Positions 24,423-31,646 of a stretch of DNA of 31,646 bases are shown here, piece by piece. The stretch spans positions 1-31,646 of IMG/VR virus record IMGVR_UViG_3300025698_000029. One strand, written 5' to 3'. Source of the DNA: a virus. Taxonomy: Duplodnaviria > Caudoviricetes. The position numbers were made by a program, and so were the translations under genes. The notes below the pieces were generated by a model that was given only the letters and a program-made list of their open reading frames with translations, was not told the DNA's origin and made no database searches. The number at the start of each line of letters is the position of its first letter. Position 1 is the first letter of the stretch.

Positions 24423-24484
24423 TTCGTGTGGTTTTAAATAATAAATATATACTCTATTTGGTTTGGTTCATACTGTTATAGGTT

Positions 24485-24919
24485 TTATTTGGTTAAAAGG
24501 TTATATATTAAGTCTATACATTCTTCGCTTTGGTCTTCTATTGGTCCACGTTTATTGTTCCAGTATAACATAGTTCAAGCCTCTATTCTTTCTTGCTTGC
24601 GAACACTTCATCATACATCATTCTGCTCTATCCGGTCCAGACAATCTCATATCATTACTGGGTGTCAGATTATTTTATATTTTCTATCTATTATCATAAT
24701 ATCTCCAAAGTTTCATATAACCTCTATTCAATTTTCTGTTCAATCAAATTCAAATCTTTCTGTTATAAATTCAATATATCATTCTAAAGCCTTGTTTATC
24801 ATATCTGCATTTTTATTTTTAATCTTTGATACCGATATTCTACATCAAAAACTAAGTGTCTTATCTGCTATCACTTCATAAATTTTATCTATCTTCTTTT
24901 GTTTATCTCATTTCTTCAT
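24485..24919 (-). CDS. Hypothetical phage protein, 144 aa
   Basis: ATG 24919 to TAA 24485; DKTLSFGC...IIGHPVMIGDCLD(CGG)IE...PIEDQSEECID. Confidence 0.7.
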
Positions 24920-25001
24920 CCTCTAATATCTTATATTTTATATACATATATATATCTCTAATATTCCATCGTTTTCATGTATATTTTATATTTAATTTCA
25001 T
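24903..25001 (-). CDS. Very small ORF, 32 aa
   Basis: AAAAACTACAC leader directly before ATG 25001; TAA 24903; supported mainly by the leader. Confidence 0.45.
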
Positions 25002-25028
25002 GTGTAGTTTTTAGACATAATAAAATAC

Positions 25029-25163
25029 TTAGCATTTCTTTTTGGTTGCTAGTTTTGTATAGCATGATATGCAATAGGTTCACTCATATCATCTTTTCTT
25101 ATATACCTTGTTTGCTTCTAATCAACATAAATTGCATTTCTTTTTTTCACAAGTTTTTCACAT
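25029..25163 (-). CDS. Small zinc-finger protein, 44 aa
   Basis: MGKTCEKKKCNLCG...YCISCYTKL; leader motif present. Confidence 0.7.
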
Positions 25164-25181
25164 TTTGTGTGTAGTTTTTAT

Positions 25182-25478
25182 TTATCTAAAATTATGTTTA
25201 TTGCGTTCTGTTTGTTCCGCAGTTGCTACCATTCACATTCTAATATCTAATTCTCTCATAGCATAATTAGATCATCAATTTGCAATAATAGTAGCTTCTC
25301 TGAATCAGTAATACTGTCATTCAAATTTTATAGCTTTATCAAACGATTGTTGTAATCAGTCATTTATTTCTTTTAATCTAGAATTCTTTAGGTTTAATTC
25401 ATCTATATTATATTCTCTAGTATCTAATTTTTTTACTAGGTTTTCTATTCTTCTTTCTAGTTCAATTTTTGTAGCCAT
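25182..25478 (-). CDS. Coiled-coil hypothetical protein, 98 aa
   Basis: Leader motif plus ATG 25478; TAA 25182. Confidence 0.65.
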
Positions 25479-25506
25479 AATGTGTGTAGTTATTTAATAT
25501 AAAATG

Positions 25507-25911
25507 TTATATATTTAATCGTATTGTTAATTTTTTCCAAATATTAAGTTTTATATTTTGTATGTTTAAAATATATCTTTTATATAGGTTTGCTTTCCAA
25601 AGTCTTGTAGCCCTACCAGCACTATTCATATAAGATCTACTATAACGATCTTTATTTGTTTTCCACCATTCTCTCCTAGCTTTAAGATGCTTTTGATAAA
25701 TATCAGGATGTATAACACAAAATATAGTAGAAATTACTACACCATATCTAAATGCTAGATGTTTATAAGTATACGATCAGGTTTTGTAAAGTTTTCTGAT
25801 CTCTACTTTGTCATCTTTTGATAGTCTTACCCTTCTGTCTTTACCCTTTTCCTTGTCCATTGATTTTTTCATAAAGCTTCTTCTTGTTAGTGTTTTTTTA
25901 ATCATTGTCAT
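25507..25911 (-). CDS. Basic helix-turn-helix DNA-binding protein, 134 aa
   Basis: RLSKDDKVEIRKLYKTGSYTYKHLAFRYGVVISTIFCVI HTH pattern. Confidence 0.7.
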
Positions 25912-25931
25912 ACGATTTATAATTTAAAAGG

Positions 25932-26147
25932 TTATTTTAATAGGTTATGATCTTTAAGTAGTTTAAGTATTTTCTTCTTCTTTATATATCCATCGAACTC
26001 TCAAAATTTGCTTTCTATAAGATCTAGGTCTAATGGATCTATTTTTGGTCTATGATAATCTAATAATTCTTCCATTGTCATTGTTATTTCTTGCTTTATA
26101 TGTGTAATATTTCAATTCTGATCAAATGTATATGTTGGTTTTCACAT
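25932..26147 (-). CDS. Hypothetical protein, 71 aa
   Basis: TACACACA leader plus ATG 26147; TAA 25932. Confidence 0.65.
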
Positions 26148-26156
26148 TGTGTGTAT

Positions 26157-26687
26157 TTATTCTAAATAAAATCTTCTAGGTGCATAACTCATACATTTCT
26201 CTCAATTCTCTCAGTCAGCACGATCAGGTCAATAAAATAGAGATCCTCAATTTCTTTTTTCAAAGCAATACTTAATTTGGAATCTTCGGTCTGTATAGTA
26301 TTGATCAGGTATATCATGGAATCTATCATTCATCTGACATAGTCAATATGCATGTCATCCATCTCATACTTTATTTGGATCTCGATCATACCATTCACAT
26401 TCATTTAATACAACTTTGTTCATTCATCATAATTTATACGTTTCATTGATATATTCTTGTCTTGGATCATCTTTTGGTCGCCATGTTTTGTATAATTTCT
26501 TCTCTTTTACCAGTTCTCTTTGGACTGGTTTTTCTAAAATAACTGTTTGTACATTCGTTGTAGTAGTTACTATCATCTGTGATTCTCAATACACTAAATT
26601 CCATCGAGCGATCACTAATATGATCAAAATAAATACTAATCCTAAAATAATCTTAGTGTTCAGATTTTTCGGGTCATGTAACATCAT
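26157..26687 (-). CDS. Membrane-anchored lysozyme-like / lytic transglycosylase (SLT-type) protein, about 176 aa
   Basis: N-terminal TM IILGLVFILIILVIA; NECE..W.PNKVGDGGHAYGLCQMN matches the SLT 'E......GD.G...GL.Q' pattern; start could be 26684. Confidence 0.65.
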
Positions 26688-26991
26688 CTAATTTAGATTC
26701 TAAAGTATCCTCTGTGGATACAGGTATTTTATTCTCCCCCAAAGAGCAGTCTAATTTACTTTCTGCCATCCATTCAATAACCATCTCATCTATATCTACC
26801 TCCTTTAGTACAGTTACTAATTTGGAGTATACATGCACAGATAGTCTTTCTTCTTGGTATGCATATAGATATGTTTTATCATATCCTACATATTCCATAA
26901 CTTTTGTGCGGTTTATTTTCATAAATGGATATGCTAATTTTACTTCTGCTATAATGTTTTGTACTATAGCTATACACAGTTCTTTGTTCAT
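26653..26991 (-). CDS. Putative HTH transcriptional regulator (Cro-like), 112 aa
   Basis: Track ORF 26674-26991 extended through TGA to TAA 26653; NRTKVMEYVGYDKTYLYAYQ is HTH-like; first gene after the operator-bearing promoter. Confidence 0.5.
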
Positions 26992-27025
26992 ACAATTTAT
27001 AATGAATTAAATCTATTTCAACTCC

Positions 27026-27059
27026 AATATATTATTTGTTTCTACTAATACAAGTAGAA
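27026..27059 (-). promoter_or_regulatory. Early promoter with palindromic operator
   Basis: TTGTAT-N16-TATATT; TTCTACT-N6-AGTAGAA inverted repeat at 27040-27059. Confidence 0.7.
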
Positions 27060-27093
27060 TATTACTTTTTCTGATAACCAAAAGTTTCCATAT

Positions 27094-27132
27094 AAAGAAA
27101 AACCTACCTTCCCTTAGGAAGATAGGTCTTCA
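27094..27132 (-). terminator. Rho-independent terminator
   Basis: AGACCTATCTTCC-taag-GGAAGGTAGGTTT followed by TTCTTT. Confidence 0.8.
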
Positions 27133-27197
27133 ATCATGACTATTGTCAAATCGAAGTTTCCGCACCTATTTGATATATTAATAGGATTTAATTGCAA

Positions 27198-27231
27198 GAG
27201 AAAAAGAGCAGATATAAAATCCACTCTTTCT
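27198..27231 (-). terminator. Rho-independent terminator (end of lysis operon or of small RNA 1)
   Basis: AGAAAGAGTGGAT-tttat-ATCTGCTCTTTTT-CTC with G.U pairs on the minus strand. Confidence 0.7.
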
Positions 27232-27294
27232 AGATGTAACACCTCCTTTTCTATTAGTTAATACTAATAATAGTTCAATATACGAACTAATTAC

Positions 27295-27322
27295 AATATA
27301 TTAGTCTAATCTTTAATTGCAA
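27295..27322 (-). promoter_or_regulatory. Putative promoter overlapping the peptidase 3' end
   Basis: TTGCAA-N16-TATATT; the 15-nt tttaattgcaagaga occurs at both 27312-27326 and 27187-27201. Confidence 0.5.
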
Positions 27323-28109
27323 GAGATCTATAAATCATCACTGCTGTCTCTTTTCTAGTAGCAGGCTCATTTGGTCTTTCTCAATTAGTGATTCCAGCTT
27401 CGATAGCTTTTTGGAACTCTCTATCAAAACTTAATCTACTAATTATTCATGTATCATCTTTATCTATTATAACATTTTTAGAGAACATTTTATCAAAGTA
27501 TTCATATGGTACAGTGAAATATCATCCATCTCATCGATCTTCTCAGAAAGAATTAGGACATGTAAATCATCTGTTATTATATCAATCAATTATAAATGCA
27601 TGTCATCCTCAATTTCATAGCTCTGCTACTCATGAAGCTCATGATTTTCTCCAATCAAATTTAGATGATCAGGTATATATTATGAATCAGTTATCTATAG
27701 CATTCTTACATCATTCCATAGTATCCGCTCTCATATATCCTTCAATCCAATTGTTTTTAATAAAGAATTTCATCATCTTTTGGAGTGTAGATCCTGTATT
27801 TGGTCGTCATCTAGTATTTTGATAAACGTGCCATCTATACATTGGATTTAGCTGTTTGAATTCTAGATCTTTTTCTAGATATTCTGCTACGTTGTTTGCA
27901 TTATATGCACTACATAATGAATATTCTGTACATGCTTTATATGTACTTGTTTGATCAAATTGATCTCGTATCTTCATTACCTTTCTATCTCGAATAGGCT
28001 TTTGTGATTTTCACATTCAATATTCTTTCATATATAGATCCTCATATGAATAATCTCTTGAATCTGCTTGATCTACTGCATCTAAATACAGTTCTAGGTT
28101 TTCTAACAT
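27306..28109 (-). CDS. Papain-like (C1) cysteine peptidase with a C-terminal SLH-like domain; putative endolysin, 267 aa
   Basis: DQ......AC, GGHAFIIDGY, NSFGEDWGDGGYF.VPY; C-terminal GITNGERPNEPATRKETAVMIYR; directly after the holin. Confidence 0.85.
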
Positions 28110-28135
28110 TTCGTGTGGTTTTTAGAAAATTAAAA

Positions 28136-28363
28136 TTATTTAATTTTGTGGCTTGCCTTAAATCTTCCTATAATAACAATTATTGCTGATGCAGTTGTTA
28201 CCATACTCATAATTGCTTGCATAATCTGTGCTTGGAATTCTGCTGAAATAGATAGATCAGGATTTCCTGTTACTGTTGCAACAAAACCCATTATACTAAC
28301 CAATCCTGCTACAACTCCTGCCCATACTGTTTTACTTTTCCATCGGTTTTTATTAGTTTTCAT
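28136..28363 (-). CDS. Holin-like protein, 75 aa, two TM helices
   Basis: KNWWKSKTVWAGVVAGLVS...IVIIGRFKA (K.W..SKT.W and GR.KA pattern); adjacent to the peptidase. Confidence 0.75.
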   Translation of the reverse strand: MKTNKNRWKSKTVWAGVVAGLVSIMGFVATVTGNPDLSISAEFQAQIMQAIMSMVTTASAIIVIIGRFKASHKIK

Positions 28364-28388
28364 GTGTAATTATATCAAAGATTAAAAA

Positions 28389-28658
28389 TTATACTTTTGG
28401 ATTTGCATCTAATATTTTAACTAATTCGTGTCTTTTTGTACAATCTGGGAATCTTTTACATCCCAAACATTCACGTATAAGTCTATGTGTTTCTACTATT
28501 ACATCTTCTGTAGATGTTCACATAAGCATATTGAAATCGCCTACTGTTTCTACATCAAAGTTTTCGCATCATTTATTCATATTATTTTCATCGCTATTAA
28601 AATCTTTAGGACTGTAGTGTTTACTTAATCATGGACTAAAATGCATCTTTTCTGACAT
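28389..28658 (-). CDS. Hypothetical protein, 89 aa, with Cys cluster (CLGC....C)
   Basis: TAATG-coupled start at 28658; TAA 28389. Confidence 0.6.
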
Positions 28659-28909
28659 TATCTTTTCTTAGCTAGATCAACTAGGAATTCAACTCATGCA
28701 CTTGTTTCAATAATAGTTTTTGAAATTTCCTTAACTTCTAGAGTTAATTCTTTTCTTTCAATAGATTCTTTTTCAATATTAATTGCATTTACTGTTACCT
28801 GTCTTGATAATGATCAAGCCTGAACTCCGTAGAATATGGCTCATCAAACAACAGTTACAAGTATTGAAATGATCCCTAATGCATTGAATTTTCTTTTTCT
28901 TTCTGTCAT
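28658..28909 (-). CDS. Single-TM coiled-coil membrane protein of the lysis module, 83 aa
   Basis: ALGIISILVTVVGGAIFYGV TM followed by a coiled coil. Confidence 0.65.
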
Positions 28910-28936
28910 TGTTATGAAAGATATAAAATGAGTTTC

Positions 28937-29119
28937 TTATTCTTTGTCTAATATCTTGATAGCTCTTTTTGCTGTTTTTGCAAGTTGTAGTTTTGGCATC
29001 TTTCTTTTTCATAGTTCTTTGTTTACTTTATCTAATTCAACAGATGCTGTATCTATAGTATCTATTGCTGTTGCCCCTAGAGAATTCAATTCTGCTAGAG
29101 GAGTGTCTGTATATTTCAT
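28937..29119 (-). CDS. Hypothetical protein, 60 aa
   Basis: ATG 29119 to TAA 28937. Confidence 0.6.
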
Positions 29120-29144
29120 AATGATAGATCTTTAATAATATAAA

Positions 29145-29810
29145 TTAAGAGTATACTGATAATATGTTTACATATACTGGTACTGCTAATGTGTCAGCAT
29201 TTCATCCTGTTGTGTTTCTATATACCATAGCAGATACTGTATCTCATGGTCCATAACCTGTTCCATCAAATACAAATTCATGTTTCTCAGCTTCAAAATC
29301 TGTATGTATTCAAGCTGAGAATACTGTTTCATCAAATTCAGATGGTCAACCGTCTCATTCATACCCATCTGTATCATTTACCCTTTGTAGTCCTAACCCT
29401 CGAAGTATATCTCATCCTGATGCACTAGAATATGTGAAATGGATCTCAACTTTAATATCTCTACCTGCTATATAGTTTTTTGGTAGCTCAAAGTTTGTGA
29501 AAGCCATAGCATTTATATCATTTGCATCATCGAATCATAAGAAAGATCGTCTTCCACTCAATGAAGCTCATGTCGCCGCCGTTGTGGTTATCCCGTTTAC
29601 GGTGCTGGCTCATCAAGGCATATTATAAGCATATGCTTGATATAATGTTTGGTATGTTGTATCTAATATTAGCTCCTCTCTTTTTGCTCCATCTCAGATC
29701 TTATATAATAGATCATCTGATTTTGCGTATGTTTTAACATATCAAGATTGAGCATTTGCTAGAGCTACTGCATTTGCTAGTAATTCTAGTTCATTGGTTC
29801 TTTGTCCCAT
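29145..29810 (-). CDS. Putative virion structural (beta-sandwich) protein, 221 aa
   Basis: Fully hand-translated; FELPKNY..G..IKVEIHF......GDILWGL...VYR...DTL pattern; follows the tail fibre. Confidence 0.65.
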
Positions 29811-29821
29811 TTTTTAAAAGA

Positions 29822-31645
29822 TTATTTTGTAAAAGTTGAAGCAGTTTCTCGAGTAGATCACGATAGGAATTGAACATCTAACTCTCAGCTAATATTTATT
29901 GCAAATTGTCGTGAGCTTCCATTATCTGTCATCCTCATAACTCAACCAGTCAATTCCATTATTGGAGTTTCAATTGTTATATCTGTATTTGCACTCATAT
30001 ATATTTCATCTGTATCAGGTGTTGGTACTCATCACATACTATATCACATGTATATAGGTAGATTTCCTCAATCTAATAGTAATCAAACATTGTTTCTAGC
30101 TTGCACTGATACTTGATCACTTCATATTGCTACAACTCATGATGTTACCAATAATCTTTCTCAGAATCCTACACTTGCAACTTTAAGATTAATCTCTGTA
30201 TTTGCTCATATATTTACTTCATCTGTATCTGGTACTGTTTGACTGTCATAATAACCAATAAATACCGGTCATTCTTTTGATGATATATACACTCATTCAG
30301 CTCACGGACTATCTGCGATTGCTATATAACTATCGTTTATACTTGATTGTATTAGTGTTGGAGACATAAGTATTTCAGCTCATTGTGTTGTCAAAGTTAC
30401 TCAACTTTGCCCTCTAACTGTTGCTATTTTTGTCGTAGTATCATATCCTATTTCGTTTCTAGTTGCTGGTAGTCATGGAGTATACATAGCAAATCAATTG
30501 CTATTGAAAAACATTTCTCCAGCTCATCCTGCATAAGAGAAAGCTCAATTAGACATTGATAATAGATCACTAGCTCAATTCAAAGATACTTTTCGATCTT
30601 TATTTAGAACATCCATCTCCATATAAGATTCATCAAATCATGCATCGTATATATCTCAAATTATTATTTCGTTTGCAGTATCTCATACTGTTATATTATC
30701 TGATGAGTTGATAGATACATCATCTGTTGTTACTGTTACAAAAGTGTTTGCATCAGTTGAAGATTTAATCCTTGTATATGTACTATCTATCAAAGTATTT
30801 AATCATCATGTTATAGTAAGACTGTTTCCTCCTGCACTTATTGTTCTATCAGAAGTTAAAGTTCAATCAATATTATATATATTTTCGTCAGCAGGTACTT
30901 CTGCTAAAGTTATATAATTTAAAGGATTTGTTGTATAGTAATCTCAACTGTTTGCTAACAATAAGTAAGGAGATAGAGAACTAGCAATGTTTGCATCATA
31001 ATAAGTTCAGCTATCTATAGCAAAGTTAGTATCGTAGTAATTTCCACTATTTGCTATTGTTAAGTATGGCAATAATGAACTTGCTATAGTATTATTATAA
31101 TAAGTTCAACTATCTGCTACTAATAGATAATCAGCAGAAACTGCACTCCATACTGGATCTGTTTCTGTTGTTAAATATCATAATCAATATACGAATCCAC
31201 TTATTGCATTTTGTGTTGCTCCAAGTGTTGTACTATTTGCAACAGTGCTTGCTAAAATATTTACATCATTTATTCTATATTCTGCTCAGTTTGTTACATT
31301 TAAGTTATCTGTTTCTATATCAAAACTATCATTAGCATTGTCGAAAGTTCGTCAATGTTGATTGTCTCAACTCAATAAAGTACCACCTCAATTTGCAGTT
31401 ATATCAGTCGCCCCTGTTATTACTCACAAGAAGATATTTTTATCTTCTACATCTAAATTTGTTGAATTTATATATGTTGCAGTTCCATTGAAAAATGTGT
31501 TTCAATTAAATACTGTATTGTCGGAAAAAGTCTTTATTCAATTTATTTCTTCGTCTCATTCTAGATGTACATAGAATCAACTTGCTGTCTCAATTTCTCA
31601 ATCTACATAATCTTTGTTTACTAAAGATAATCCTGTATAAAAAGA
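29822..31645 (-). CDS. Tail fibre protein (5'-truncated, at least 607 aa)
   Basis: VNKDYVD, VHLEGDEEINGIKTF, STNLDVEDKNIFLG..TDITANGGG and internal repeats; TAA 29822. Confidence 0.8.
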
Positions 31646-31646
31646 A

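Noticed and set aside
27114-27242. GTG-started ORF of about 42 aa running through the small-RNA region
   Set aside because: The GTG lies inside the SD-like sequence and the ORF crosses two terminator hairpins; no supporting motif
27187-27326. Mini-CRISPR array suggested by the repeated tttaattgcaagaga (ATTGCAAG resembles some repeat ends)
   Set aside because: Only two 15-nt copies 125 bp apart and no cas genes; better explained as duplicated -35 elements
14511-28372. Leader motif interpreted as CRISPR repeats or integron attC sites
   Set aside because: Copies are dispersed, non-palindromic and fixed relative to ATG; no integrase was seen
29145-29810. Apparent frameshift in the 221-aa virion gene, and track ORF 29186-29377
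   Set aside because: Codon-by-codon reading shows one continuous frame; the track ORF is an alternative-frame artefact
339-31574. All plus-strand ORFs in the supplied track
   Set aside because: They are antisense shadows of minus-strand genes: S/F/L-rich, with no recognisable motifs, and fully overlapping better-supported CDSs
29822-31645. Diversity-generating retroelement acting on the tail fibre
   Set aside because: No reverse transcriptase, and no template/variable repeat pair differing only at adenines, was seen in this window
1-31646. Mass pseudogenisation, or TGA=Trp (table 4) or selenocysteine
   Set aside because: Frames stay open across TGA without frameshifts, and TGA aligns with conserved Gly, including TGA-TGA pairs in GG motifs
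1-31646. Phage-specific stop-codon recoding used as a lysis timer
   Set aside because: Recoded codons occur in early, structural and lysis genes alike, the holin has no TGA, and no suppressor tRNA or release factor is visible

Overview
AT-rich tailed (podovirus-like) phage segment in which every gene I could read lies on the minus strand. The supplied standard-code ORF track is misleading because the DNA uses a doubly altered code. TGA reads as Gly, and CGA (probably also CGG) reads as Trp, shown by conserved motifs in the papain-like peptidase, Rad52/Sak, TerL, capsid and replication proteins. That combination is reported for Absconditabacterales (SR1, CPR/Patescibacteria), which I infer to be the host. 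Retranslated, the window tiles almost gap-free. In transcription order from 31646 down to 1: tail fibre and virion proteins; lysis cassette (membrane protein, holin, C1 peptidase-SLH); small-RNA/promoter region; HTH regulator; membrane-anchored lysozyme-like protein; small early genes; replication initiator; Rad52/Sak; Acb2/Tad1-like protein; structured RNA and an atypical tRNA(CAU); TerS, TerL, portal; orphans; scaffold; major capsid; decoration; adaptor; nozzle; injection proteins, including a >2,160-aa polyvalent protein. The most unusual non-coding signals are three. A conserved non-Shine-Dalgarno leader (TTTATT..AAAACTACAC(AC)-ATG) precedes about 13 genes. A 22-bp RNA hairpin upstream of the scaffold/capsid genes carries the exact antisense of that leader in its loop. 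A promoter-terminator-bounded small RNA carries a perfect SD (AAAGGAGGTG) with no start codon. All translations were done by hand and no database searches were run.
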